This document shows positions 12,621-24,700 of a stretch of 64,000 bases of DNA, in pieces (position 1 is the first letter of the stretch; each line of letters opens with the position of its first letter). A program made the position numbers and the translations under genes. The stretch covers positions 1 through 64,000 of the forward strand of contig MU008206.1 in NCBI GenBank assembly GCA_010909165.1. Direction: 5' to 3'. The notes below the pieces were generated by a model. It was not told the origin of the DNA and ran no database searches. It saw only the letters and a program-made list of their open reading frames with translations. Source of the DNA: Anthoceros angustus (taxonomy: Eukaryota > Plantae > Anthocerotophyta).

Positions 12621-13244
12621 TCCGTAATGCCCTCCCCCTCCCTAGCTCCCTCAAAGCGCAGCGTTCCTGTGCTCGACGTAGGTACGTATGCATTCTGAAT
12701 TACGTCCACATATTTACGTCGGATAATATTGACGATACGTGGCATAATTTGTGAGCTAATCTGCTGTGGCGCTCAATTGATCTGTTTCCAAGCAATTCCC
12801 CTACTACGAGGTGATTTGTGCACTGAAGAGCGGGAAGAGCGTGGGATATGACCTTGACAGTGTCCTTGGTTTTCCAGCCAGGATTGTGTAGGTCTCGTCA
12901 ATCACACTCTTTGGCTTCTTTTTCGCTTGCTGGTGCGCGGTAGCTGGACGTCGGCGGCATTACGGGCAACATCGCACCAACTTGGAGGTTGGGAAAGGCA
13001 GCTGCGGATGCTGTGCATTGCAGCGAGTGGAGTTTCTCCTATGTGGGTCTACTGGGGCTCAGTCTATGGGGTGAATGAGGGGCAGCCCATGAGCCCGCTC
13101 TAGTTTTCAGGCATCTGGTGTGCGCGAACGTGCTCGTCTCACTGGGGCTGCCACAGCTTTCTAAATGTTGGTTTCTGCCTCCTTGTCCTCACCAATTGTG
13201 TTGTGGGTTGTGGGTTGTTTCCAGGAAGCTCGTTGATTGTCGTC

Positions 13245-15353
13245 ATGGACTTTGTGGAGGCGTACAGGGCTCGCAACAGTAGAGTTCTGGAGCTGCCTTT
13301 CTCATTCATCAAGTGCTGTATCTTGTTCTGGCTGTGCGCCACTCTGTATCTTCAGCTTCGTGCATTCCATTACGCGAATACTCCTCTTCTCCGTGCTTCC
13401 ATCATCCCAGCCAGCTCCCTTCACCTTTTGGACCAAGTTGATGTGGATGTGTCATCGTCCTTCTCCAAACAGTCCGGTGGCAAGTCTGCTGCCTCTATGC
13501 GGGGGAGAGTGCAGAATTGGGATGATGCTTCCAGGCGGAGGTTGACCCAGGATGACGAATCGAGAGCCCTCATGGGCAGAAGTGGCTCAGCAGGGCTCAG
13601 CAGATCAGTCTTGAATGCCTTCGAGGGTAGCACTGATGTGAACATGCTGGAAAGCAGGTCCGCGTACGTGGTCGTCATCACCAAATGTTCTCTGGTTGAA
13701 CCAGCTCTGGTGCTTGCTCAGAACCTTCGGTTTGCAGGCTGCAAGGCTGATTTGGTCCTAATTCTGACTGCGGCCGAGTGCTCCTCGGATGACCGTCTGC
13801 CACTTCATTTCACCAACGTTACCATAGCTGAGGAGGTTGAGAACAGGTATGAGAGCAAGGGCTTCAACAAGCTTTTGGCATGGAAGTTGACCAACTACTC
13901 CAAAGTGCTGTATCTGGATGTAGATGTGCTGCCTCTTGTCAACTTGGACCACCTGTTTTCTCACCCCACTCCAGCCATGGCGCCGGATGTGTATGCTGCG
14001 ACGAAATTCAACTCTGGTATTATGTTGCTTGAGCCGTCTGACGCTGTTTTCACGGACATGACAAACCAGCTGGACCACTTGTCTTCTTACAACGGCGGTG
14101 ACCAGGGGTTCCTGAATGCCTATTTTAGTGATTGGTACAGCCTTCCTTTTGAGCATAGATTACCAGCGGGATACAATTCGGTGCTATTTTTCCCTGATTA
14201 CTACCACCCCCCTGCCTGGTTTGATCTGAACGCTCCCAAGTCTTTCTTCGGCCCCATCAAGGTTGTGCATTTTGCCAATCCCTGGTTCAAGCCTTGGATG
14301 GAAGGGGCAACCGTCGAAGATGGAAGGCCTTCTCAAGCTGCTACAAATATTTGGGCTTCCACCTGGCAAAGGACGAAGCAGCTTCTTCAGGCCAATGGTT
14401 GGAAGCCGTTCACTGCGGCCATCGACTATCCGCCAGAAGAAGTAAAGGCGTATACGGTGCAGGATAGGCATGTGGGTAATACCATTGTTCCATCCACCAA
14501 AGCAATATATCCTCCTGCTCCCAAGTGGGAGTCTTCTGTGCGAGAGGCTTTCATCACTGTGGCCACAAGCGAAGAGGATGTTTTGGCTGCAGGTGTTTTT
14601 GCCTATTCATACAATCTTCAGCATAAGGCGGCTCAAATTGAGCGACCACTAATCCTTTTGGTGCTGCGTTCAGTACCAAGGGAATATTGGGCTCCTTTCA
14701 AGGGCCTCTTCACTAAAGTCCGAATAGTGGATCCCATAGTAGATGATGTGGAGCAGGAGCAGGGGCAAAATGTGTGGAAGGCCTTCATCGTGTTGCATAT
14801 ATGGAATCAAACTAGATTCGACAAGCTGGTGTACATGGATCCCTACTCGCTTGCTGCAGACAACTGTCACGGCCTCCTTGAGTACAGGGCTTTTGCAGCA
14901 ACCCCGAGCTTGCTTCCTCCTGACAGCTTTTCTTCTAGAGTGATGGTTGTGCAGCCACATTCTGCAACTTTCGCAGAGCTGGTGAAGCGAGTGAAGGAGT
15001 TCAAGTGCTCACTGGGGGATCCACAGTCTTGCCTTGAGGAGTTCCTCAACTTCTACTACTCTGACTGGTATTCTCGACCAGCAGCACACCGAATCTCGCT
15101 GTCATATGCAGTGGATGGCTGGTTCAAGCAGGGTTTAATGAGCTACTTGTCTCCTTGGCGGAGCCTGGTCTTTGACAGGCGTGCGGTCCCGTGGAGTCGT
15201 GCCATCCGAGAGGACAGGGTAATCGACAGGTTTGAATCGTCAGTGCAGTGGGTGAACGCTTTTTGTTCTCTGAGTTATAAGCAGAGGAGTACTTTTCCAA
15301 AGCTGGCTTTCCGTTTTTGCACGAAACGGAAGAAGAATCACTCCGGCAGCTAG
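13245..15353 (+). CDS. Type II membrane glycosyltransferase family 8 (glycogenin/PGSIP-like) with two GT8 domains
   Basis: N-terminal TM segment. Domain 1: KLLAWKLTNYSKVLYLDVD..FNSG..GGDQGFLN..VVHF..KPW. Domain 2: LHIWNQTRFDKLVYMD..PDSFSS..FLNFYYSDW. Uninterrupted ORF from the ATG at 13245. Confidence 0.85.
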   Translation: MDFVEAYRARNSRVLELPFSFIKCCILFWLCATLYLQLRAFHYANTPLLRASIIPASSLHLLDQVDVDVSSSFSKQSGGKSAASMRGRVQNWDDASRRRLTQDDESRALMGRSGSAGLSRSVLNAFEGSTDVNMLESRSAYVVVITKCSLVEPALVLAQNLRFAGCKADLVLILTAAECSSDDRLPLHFTNVTIAEEVENRYESKGFNKLLAWKLTNYSKVLYLDVDVLPLVNLDHLFSHPTPAMAPDVYAATKFNSGIMLLEPSDAVFTDMTNQLDHLSSYNGGDQGFLNAYFSDWYSLPFEHRLPAGYNSVLFFPDYYHPPAWFDLNAPKSFFGPIKVVHFANPWFKPWMEGATVEDGRPSQAATNIWASTWQRTKQLLQANGWKPFTAAIDYPPEEVKAYTVQDRHVGNTIVPSTKAIYPPAPKWESSVREAFITVATSEEDVLAAGVFAYSYNLQHKAAQIERPLILLVLRSVPREYWAPFKGLFTKVRIVDPIVDDVEQEQGQNVWKAFIVLHIWNQTRFDKLVYMDPYSLAADNCHGLLEYRAFAATPSLLPPDSFSSRVMVVQPHSATFAELVKRVKEFKCSLGDPQSCLEEFLNFYYSDWYSRPAAHRISLSYAVDGWFKQGLMSYLSPWRSLVFDRRAVPWSRAIREDRVIDRFESSVQWVNAFCSLSYKQRSTFPKLAFRFCTKRKKNHSGS

Positions 15354-16574
15354 TGCGGTGGCTGAGCCGCCAAGCTGGAGGATGAAGGTAGTTCACCCTG
15401 TATAGTAGTAGTTCGTTCTTGACCTATTATATTCCATACTGGTGGCCCAAAGAGGCCCACACTTAGGTGTATACAGATGCTCAAGCTTGTAGGATGAAGT
15501 GTCCATCTCAAGTGATGAGCCTTTGGTAGAAGCAGTAGGAGCCTTGGTGATAAATGCCTAAGGTCTGCAAACAGGCGAAGCCATTCATTAGAGCCCCTGG
15601 CTCAAGTGATCGCATCAGATCTTGTGTGTTCGTCATTCAAGTAAGAGTGGTACGGTGAAGTGGGCATCGGCTGCCTTGGTTATACATATGTGTCCGAGAC
15701 GATGGTTGTCACCTGATTTGTTATAGACCAAGGTTGTTCCCAAGCAATCCCTGCGTGGCTTCCCCATCGATACCATATGGCCATTAAGGAGGACGGTCTG
15801 AAAGGCCACCTCATCACGGGAATAACCTCCGGTTTTCGGACGGGACATCCATCCCTCGACAATCGTGCATGCCTAACCGCGCGCCGTTTCCAATCGTGCG
15901 ATCCCGGTTCCCTACATGCTCGCCAGGGCGCCCGCTTTTCTGTCTCGCGGTTGCCAATACAATTCATGCCCCCCCCTCGCCGAGGGCATCGGCTGTCAAT
16001 ATCCCCTCCTTTGTCACCTTATGGGGATAGCTCTTAGATAGGGTGCGGAAACCCGGAACCATGCGGCACATTTTAAAACCGTGCGGTATTCATTAGGGTT
16101 TTACGCGGAAGGCCGCGCGGAAGTTCCGAGTTTCTGGTTCTCCGTCCATCCCGGTGTCCCAACGGATGATGATGTGGCACTCTTGATCGTACGAGCCAGC
16201 ATTAACGGCCATCGGTATCGATTTGCAAGCAACATCCAATGGCCATAGGTGTCGACGAGGAAATGATGAAAGTTACGAAAGGATGGGATGCAAAAACAAT
16301 CTTGCCCTGACTAGAAGGCAAAGGATTGATTGATGACGAGGAAAAGAACCCGGTGAAGGTCCGCACATCTGTGTGCTTGGCAGACTGCCAGAATGGAGAT
16401 TGCATATTGCTTAAGTAATGTAACACTATGCTTGACACATTTGCCGATCAGAAATCCATTGCCTGGCGGCAAGCATCTGGAAGATCGCCTTAAGCACAAG
16501 GCAACATACAGGATCAATTTTATTCATGAAATGGTAGTAAGCAGACCACCAGGAAGAAGAGAATCGTTGCACAC

Positions 16575-17394
16575 CTACATCCTGGCCCAGCAGCGTGTAC
16601 ACAAGGCCTGGCAATCGCCTTTGCAATCAATTTTGAATCCCAATGCGCCAGGAGTTCGGAGAAGCAGGTTCTTCAGCATGTTTCCTGAAATACCCCATGA
16701 ATTCTCCAAGAGCGCCACATTTTTCTTCATGTCCTCTTCAACAAGCAGTCCTAACACTTCGGGGAACTTTTGCAACAATTTCCCAAGCTCGGGGTCCGAT
16801 AGGCCAAGCTCCCTAAGGTAACTTAGCACTGCGGCGACAGAATCCGGATCGGGCAGTGTCCTGTCCTTCTGCTCTCCCCAGTAGGCAGACCTTCTCCATC
16901 CGAATGCTTTTGAGACTATCCCATGGGCCTCCTCTGCGCTGAACCCCAGGTTAATCACGCCCTCACAGCTCCGTCGCCACATCTCTTGCTCGATTGCGCT
17001 CAGCTCCGTGGTCTCCGACAAGGCTGCACTGTCCCTTGTACTTGCCACGCACAAGATCGGGCTGGCCAGCCGGTCGGTTGTCCATTCACACACATTATGC
17101 GCGTCCCATGGCTGAAAGGTACCTGCTCCAAAACCTCTCGATGCACGCCCCCTTTCTGCACGTCTGACTCTCCTTAGAGTACTTTCGGCAGAACTTGAAC
17201 ATGGACAGGATGCCTGATCCTGTACAAAGTCGAGGCAAGAGTTAGTGACGGCTCAGACGTGTGACAGCCAGAGATTAGAATTCGTTGCTGAACAAACACG
17301 CCTTGGCACGGTGTGCTCCAGAGAAAGTGCGATCCGCCACATTGTATGGCAGACAAGAGCCTGCCGTACGGAACTGTGCAGCAGTGAGTTGCAT
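16575..17394 (-). CDS. mTERF12-like (At4g09620-like) organellar protein, 2 exons
   Basis: AFGW...YW, KFPEVLG, WGISG.LKNLLLR.P..LG..IDCKGDC.A.CTRCWAR match At4g09620. Putative exon 1 (17394-17302) joins in frame to 17219-16575 through a GC-AG intron; the exon-1 model is less certain. Confidence 0.85.
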
Positions 17395-17749
17395 CCTCCT
17401 AACTTCGCCAATGCCTGAGGTCCGCGGGGTCTCAGCAAGAATCCAAGAGATTACCAGAGGCAACTTCCCGAAAAACCCGTCTTCTTCTACGCCGGGGAGT
17501 GGAATCGCTCTCCAGTCTCACCCGCACACACCCGTCGATAGACTCCGGTTTCCTTAACCGACAGGGCGGTTGGGTTGAGGGTTTAACGCCTCGTTGAGGA
17601 AGCTGACAAGCGGATAAGTTGATTTATGTTTGCTGAAACCACACCTCACAGCACGCCTCCTGCGTCTGACCTCCTTTGCTGATGTGCCCAGTTGCCCTGG
17701 TCGTGAGCTGCATTTTCGTTGTGGGCTGCATCAGGTCATGTGATGGTCA

Positions 17750-19760
17750 TGTTGGAGGGGAACTTGGAAGATCGGCATGGAGGTCAGATGCAGGATTCCT
17801 GGCATTGTGAGGATTCCTGACGCCGTGAGGCGTCACATCCTGAGGCTGATAGCTCACTGGAATCATCCATGCACTGGATGATATAAGCGAGCAGACAGAG
17901 CTGATTGGCGCAGCAGACCTGATGATTGTTGAGTGTGCAGGATGAAATGCTCGAGCAGGTAGGTGATGAGGCCACGAGCATTACGAGCTTACCAGAGGGA
18001 CCTAATGTTAAGAATGAGACCCTGAGTTAGTGACACTATTAGTGATACTGTGCAAAACAGAGATAGTTGCTGGCGATTCCAGGCAAGAGGATGGGTCTAG
18101 GTGGTGTATGCTAGAGGGACATTTGAGTTGTGAGGATTCCAAGCAGGTCTTGGTCTTTAGTGGACCCAAGTGAGAAGCTGCTGGCGAAGGCAGTGACTAT
18201 GGTTTTGAGCAGAGTGTATGGAGCACATTTCTCTGACTAACCCATAGGTTCCGGCCATCCAAAGGCTGCCACTCTGGTATGCTGCAAATGAAAACGAAGT
18301 GGAGGGGATTGGTTTTTTCTTTGGGAAATATGACATCAGGAAGTGTTACGACCTTATGAATCAACAGCAATCCGTCGTGTTTTGGAGGAGAACAAAGAGA
18401 ATCACAACAGTTCGTTGATTTGGTGCTGAAATGTCAGATGGCGGTGCGTGTCTGTGATGAACTGAAGGATATCCCACCTGAGAAGGGCTTTCCAAGAGGT
18501 AGTAGAATTCTCACTGCTCTTTGCAATCTCTATTTGGACTAGCTCCATCAAGAAGCTTTTTTACATGCAACAAGAGTATGAATACACTCGGGACATAGAG
18601 AGATGATCTGCAGCAGGACACAGATGACCAGGAAGAAGAGTCCTCAGGCAGATGAGGAAAACACATATCGGAAGGGGGATGCAAAAGTAAGAGTACGATA
18701 CATTTGTCATGGTGATGAGTTCCTGGTTGGTTTCACTGGCCCAAAACCTTTCATGAAGGGCCTCCTGCACTAGATTCAGGACTTTTTGAGAAAGAGCAGA
18801 TATCCATTAGGCCTAGTTTGACCATCTTGTGCATGGGACTGGTGAGCACGTCAGGCCTATCGGGATGAGAGTTGCCGGGCTTCCGGAGGCCAAAGAAATG
18901 AGATGTGATGCAAAGGGGATGGAGAAGTGTTGGTGCTGAAGGCACGTCTCAAGCCGGTTGCAAAGCAGCGACAAGAGAGCTGGCATATTCCAGCTGAGGA
19001 ATCGTATCCTGCTTGCCTGGGAGAGGGCTTTCAAGAAAGTCAGATCAACTGTTGCTTCTAGCATGGAAGCACAAACATGTTCTGCACAAGAAACAGGATA
19101 GTCACATGTACCTTGGAGATACTGGAAGATAGTCACATGTACCTTGGAGAAACTTGAACATGGTGAAAGCAAGCACACAGTTCTGGAGTTGCTGGAAAAG
19201 GAGGTGGTGGACATGATGAAGGTCCTGACTTGGAATCCCCGATGAGATAATGGAGGCTTATGAAATTTTGACGCAGGTGATGCAGGAGTTCTTGGACGAG
19301 GAAGATACGGCAGAAGCCGAACTAGCAGATGTCACTCTGAGGGTGAGCAAGGGGGTGGGAGTCCAAAGGTGAAACAAGGACCGCAATACTATTCCTTTGC
19401 AGGTCTTAGCCTCGGTGGGGGGATAACAGATATATTGAGGAAGAAACGTGTGATACTTTCAGAAGGGTTGTCCCCACTCACTCGGGCCAAAAGTCAACCT
19501 TCCACAGGTCATATCCTACAAAGCATCTAGCGCTTGTGCCCTTCTCACTTAGAATCCTTGTTATTCTCGTAACCAAGCACCAGAGTAGCGCTAGATAGGT
19601 GATGGTGAAGTAAACTCGGGACTTGCATATGTTCGAAGACTGCAAGATGATCGCCAAGTTTCCAAGCTGAGTGGAGTACCAGGAGATGGTGTACGAATTG
19701 ATCCGTGAAGTAAAGGACCTTACCTGTTACTCCAGGAGAACGGTGGACAGAATCGGGCCT
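17750..19760 (+). pseudogene. Degenerate group II intron RT/maturase, matR-like
   Basis: Fragments EKLLAKAVTMVLSRVY..FSD, FRPSKGCHS, KYDIRKCYD, GFPRGS..LCNLYLD*LHQE and GDEFLVGFTGPK are RT domains 2-5. Many stops and frameshifts. Boundaries approximate. Confidence 0.75.
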
Positions 19761-20007
19761 TTCCGTGTTGCAGGGACTTGTGCTCAAAGGCCTCTATGTT
19801 CCTTGTGTATCTGACACTGCCGTGGAGGTGGGGCCCGTCCTGCCTTGCTCCGTGTCTATGACAAGGTGCCAGCCTTCTATTTGACACAAGGTTGTTTTGT
19901 GTAGGGTGATGTCGCTGGGATTTCGTCGCCTCATACATTTTTTAGCAGGTCGAGGGTGGGGTACCCAAAGACATGTTGTTGCTGCCCACGCCAAATTCCA
20001 TTTCTGG

Positions 20008-20240
20008 GAAGAAGAAGAAGAAGAAGAATTTTATTTAAGTCCACTAAGGACGGATTTCCGTCATGGGACTTGGTACTTAACAACTTGTATCATGGTATGC
20101 CTAAGCTACTTGCACCAAGGGCATCCATTCCCTTTAAGCACCCCATCTAAGTATCGATCAGGATGCTTAATAATCACGTCCTTATAAATGTGTGTCCATT
20201 TGGCCTAAGCCATTTGGACACACATTTGGAAGGCTTCTGA
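20008..20240 (-). mobile_element. 3' end of a truncated RTE-like LINE/SINE with (TTC)n tail
   Basis: The minus strand ends AATAAAA(TTC)n. The terminal block aagtccactaaggacgga-tttcc-tcat-ggact is shared with 47091-47127. Confidence 0.55.
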
Positions 20241-21639
20241 GACGTGTTCCAAAGCTGGAGGCACGTAAATCGTTGTATGTGGCTGACGACGTGTATGTTT
20301 GCTGGTTTCCTGGATCGGAGCAGGATGTTTGCTGTGCGCAGAGGAGGATGTTGAGGTGTGTAGAGAACTAGTGTGATTGTGAGAGGGTGGTAAATTTGGG
20401 ACATAATTGCCGCTCCAGTGGCGTGAGGGGGTGGTTGGTTGAAGGTAAACGTCAGGGAGTGACACGTTGGTCGCAGGCTGTTCGGCTGATGAGGATTCAT
20501 CATGCGAGCATTCCTTCCCTATCACTGTTGGACACGGGAGATGGGACGAGCAGAGGGTGCGTGTGCGTGTGGTTTGGATATTGAGTGCGGGTTCCCCGGA
20601 AGTTGAGCAGGAACCGCAGAGGCGGTGTCGCTCCTGCCGGCTCGCAGACTGTATGCATGCTGCCGTCTACATGCATACAAACATCGATCTTGTATGTTGT
20701 ATCAAACGACTACAAACCTGATTCCTCATTAGGGTTATGTACAGGGCGGCTAACTCTTGCAGCACCGTGGCCAGTTTATTGGAGGCCGCGCGCACTTAGC
20801 AGCCATTATGGGTGCATTGATGTGGTCTTTTGAACAGAAGCGGCAGGCTTGGGAGGGCACTTGTAGAATGCGGCAGCAGGCAGGCTGCACCCAGTCGGAA
20901 AGTGTGGAGCAGCCCGGCTGCTACTGTATGTAGATGCAGCCTGGACCCCCGGTGACACCCGTGACCAGGCTTGATGATCCTTGCTGTAGGGCCTCCCAAG
21001 TTTTGCCTCGCCTTGGCTTCCTCACAAGCTGGCGGAATCAGCTGCACGGAACCCCACAGGCACACAAGCACAGACCATTTGCCAGGCCCCGGCGATGTTC
21101 ACATCGCACACAGGGTCCGGCTTGCATGTACTGTACGCAGCTTTTGGCGAGAATGTCGCTGTCTGGCAAGGGTGGCAGCCCAAGACATGGTATTGCCAAC
21201 CGGGACAGCGATGTCATTATGTCTGTAGGTATCAGTACCCACAGGTTTGGGTGCATGATAATAGTGGGACATGGATTCCCTCGCCTTATCTTCATTCGCA
21301 TTCTCTTGTTGTGCGCTTGCTGGCACTGGCAGGAAAAGGCCCGGTTCATGCTATGTGCCCGTGTTCGAGATGGCCTGCAGTCACATTGGCCCCTTCTCGT
21401 CCCTACCTCGGCCGGGCATGGCATTTTCCCGCCCGCGACCCGCCCTAAAGCCCCCAGGCGAGAAACTGGTTTCCTCCTCGATCAATGATCAATGAGGAGC
21501 GGTGTGGCGGACCACATTGTTTTTAAGGCTGACCCATTTTGCACGGCAAACCTCACTCATTTTGCTGAGTATGAACCGAAACACAGTTTACCGAAAATGG
21601 CCTCGTAAGGTAGAAGGTTTGGGGCCCGGGCGCAGGCGA

Positions 21640-24600
21640 GGCGAGGTGAGGAGAGCATCCCATATGAGAAAACCCATCCAGCGGAGACAACCAAGGTGGA
21701 CCCCGGGGTCCACGTAAAAAGGAGTGACTAAGTTCCTTACCTAAAATTATTTATTGCTCCCAAAACATCATATGCAGGAAGAACAAATGGCCTGCGAACT
21801 GCAGAGGAAGAGGAAGAAGTGCCGCCTGCCGTCGCCGTTTTGTGAAGGATTGTCGTTGAGAGAGCCCTTTGAAGGGCAATGGAGACTTGCTGTCTGAAGT
21901 AAGCTGTGAAATAAGAAAGGGACAGCCCCGCGCCATGCCTGCGGGTGTGGTAGGATTTGGGACAGAGCTTGAGAAATTTATCGAAGTCCGTAGCCATTAC
22001 CCCATACGCTTCGAGTGCGAGCGGAATAAAGAAGTGGCCCGCTTGCATCCCATTGTACTTCCTAACCTTGAGAGCCCCAGCTTCGGCGGCAACCCAACCA
22101 AGACGGTTAGTGATAACCTGAGCGGAGATGGTGTCTCGAGCAAGGTCAATAACCACCACATCCGCCACCAAAACCTAGTCACTGCAGACAAAGTACAAGT
22201 CAGCCTTAATTGAGTGACCTGTTCAAAAAGTGTACCCTCGCTCCCTCTAGGCCATGTAGCCGCTTTCGCGAGCTATGGCAAATATGATATCGCGGATAGC
22301 ATCGTGGGTGGCGATGCGATGATCCCCATAGGGACAACAAGCAAGGTGAACCCTAGAGTCATCGAAGGCAGAGCCGCACTCGCAGGTAAGGAGGGAAGAT
22401 GCCATAGGCTGGAGCAGCCGAAGACGGAATCGCATCGCAATGGTGAAGGTGGTTGGTGTGATGATAAAACCCCGTATCCATGGACGACCCAGAAGCCAAG
22501 CTCTTGTGCCCTTCCTGAACAAGAGCGAAGCCCAGCCCTCGTGGACCTGGGGATGAAGGGTTCCATGAGGACAACTGGAAAGCCTGGCTGAGCTGCTTCT
22601 CAAGCAACAACGCTTGCAACCCCCCGAAACCATCGGAGATAAACGTCGAGAAAGGAGGAAATTCCCGCCGAGCATCCGTAGAAAGCATTTCCCTAGCTTA
22701 TCTCAAGGAAATTTGGAGAGGGAAGGTTCCCTCCTCCACATAGACACAAGATCCTCCAAAAAAGAGCCTATCCTAGAGGATGAAGCGAGAGGCCAGAGTA
22801 GGTGCTGATAGAGCCCAACTGCCCAAAAAAGCCACCAGGGAAGAAACCTCCAATGAAAGTAAGCCGACGCCTTCAAACCTTTGGACATGGTTGCTTGCCG
22901 CCAGGCAAAATGCCAAGTGGCACTGAAGCCCTGGGCCCATGATGTTCCCAAGAGTATCCATTATCTTCCTGTCAAAACCCTGCACTCGAGACAAGAGAAC
23001 CGAGAAGGGGCGAGCGTGCGGATGAGGTAGCCAGGGCGCCTAACGAAGCGAATGAAAGAATTCTGAACGCCACTTGAGCATCCCCCAGCAGAAGGAGGTC
23101 CTCGAAGGTTCTAAGACGGAAACAAAAAATCCCAAAGAGACGTTCCGATGCTAGTAGTAGAGGTTGGAAGACTTCCCGTCGAAGCGCCGGACAAAAGGTA
23201 TAAGGTTCCCCATGGCACCACCAGCGTCGTTGAGCTCCCCAAAAATGACGCTCCTGAAAATGGTATTGAAGGTGTTTTCAACATCCACTTGTAAAACCAC
23301 CCACTTCGGGGGTGTCAAGGCATGCTTGCATGCCAAGCACCACGGACTCACAACCCCTTGGAGTGGCAATGCCAAATTGAAGGGGGTTGAGGTGCTGCTA
23401 GAGGAGAGAGCGGCGCTGAAGGGCAATAGTGCCGCTAAGGAGCCGCATGAAGGCTTCCCCAACCACAAGTAGACGCACGCCAAAGCTCGAGGCAAGCTTG
23501 TCCATTGTAACAAGCCTGCTAGCTGCAAGGACTTGAGAGATCCGATATGGCATTTTCCCCGGTGCCATAGCAGCAGACTGGGAAAAGAGTTGGGGAAAGC
23601 CGCTGGATGGGTCTTCAGGGAGAAAAAGGTCCTGGTGATGCTCAAACACCAACTTAGACAGCCCGGCAGAAGAAAGACGTGGGGCCATAGAGAGAGCCAG
23701 AGCAAAGGCCACGCGGTCCAGGAAGAAGGGATCCTCAGGGATATAGTCGAGTATGTCCGGGGGGATGGCATCCTTCAGGTTGGATGAAGGGCACAAAGGG
23801 CCACAATGGTCTCCTTAGAAGCAGGGGCCCAAGGGAGGGAGCGAAGAGCCTTGGCAGCACGGGCATATTTGCGTGCTTGACCTAACAACTTGCAACGCCG
23901 CAGGTTCGCTACCACACACGGGGCTTGTTCCACCTGCAGCGTGGATTCCACCTGAGCCTTAAAAGCCCGCAATGCCTCCTACTGAAGAGATGCCTAATCG
24001 CCGGCCCGAAAGCGACGAAGGCGAATGGCGACCTCCCGATGACCAGAAGCCCTACCCCTAGTACAATGCAGACACCACCGGAGCAGAAGCAAAAGAAGAC
24101 ACTAGGCCAGCTCGTCCTAGGAGTCGAGCGCAAGGTGATCCAATGGAAGACGGAACGCTAAACGAGCATCATCATGGAGGTGCCTGGGAATCCTGCGAGA
24201 GATGCACGGGCATGGAAAGCGGGTTTCAAACAACCCAAGGATGTGATCCTACCGAGTTCCCAACCATTCCCATGATGAGACAAGCACCCCTAGAAGGATG
24301 ACACCGGATGCCGAAGCTGGTAGAAGCTGATCCACGGAGCTGGTAGAAGTCGCAAGACGTACTTGGGCAGCCGAAGTAATCTGGTCGAAGTCCTTGAGCA
24401 TGTGCCCAATGTGGGCTTTCGGCCCCTTAACACCGCAACACAGCTGAGCACAGACTGGACAGGGAGTGTCCTTGACGGTCACAAAAGTGTGGACCGCCAC
24501 ATTGCAGAGAGAAGAAATCGCAGAGAGAGAACAAACTGCAGACATTAGCCTGGGGTGTCAGGGCCAAGGAGGCACCGGGGACCGGGGACAGACAGTCCCC

Positions 24601-24700
24601 GCCTTTACCGGATATACAAAGTTTTAGCTCCATATGACAAACCCCAAGAGACTGGCCAAAAGACCCCGCCTAGAGGGGTTGCAACCCACTATAGCAGTGC
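21640..24700 (-). mobile_element. CRE-like non-LTR retrotransposon (Zn finger-RT-RLE), degenerate copy 1 with internal deletion
   Basis: C2H2-like CPVC..KAHIGHM; RT motifs SRLVTMDK..GVR..VGE and VLQVDVENTFN; C-terminal CEC..HLACC, THDAIRD, DVVV, KVRKY, FIPLALEAYG. About 370 bp carrying the QGDP/xADD region is missing near 23105 relative to copy 2. Confidence 0.8.

Noticed and set aside
15830-16160. GTTCC/GGAAC-rich tract (similar tracts near 25950-26510 and 46750-46850) as a MITE or cis-element
   Set aside because: No defined termini and no alignable homology between the tracts.
19097-19150. 23-bp direct repeat gatagtcacatgtaccttggaga
   Set aside because: Real, but only a local slippage duplication inside the maturase pseudogene.
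20500-21500. Possible spliced gene fragments
   Set aside because: No recognisable domain or consistent exon chain.
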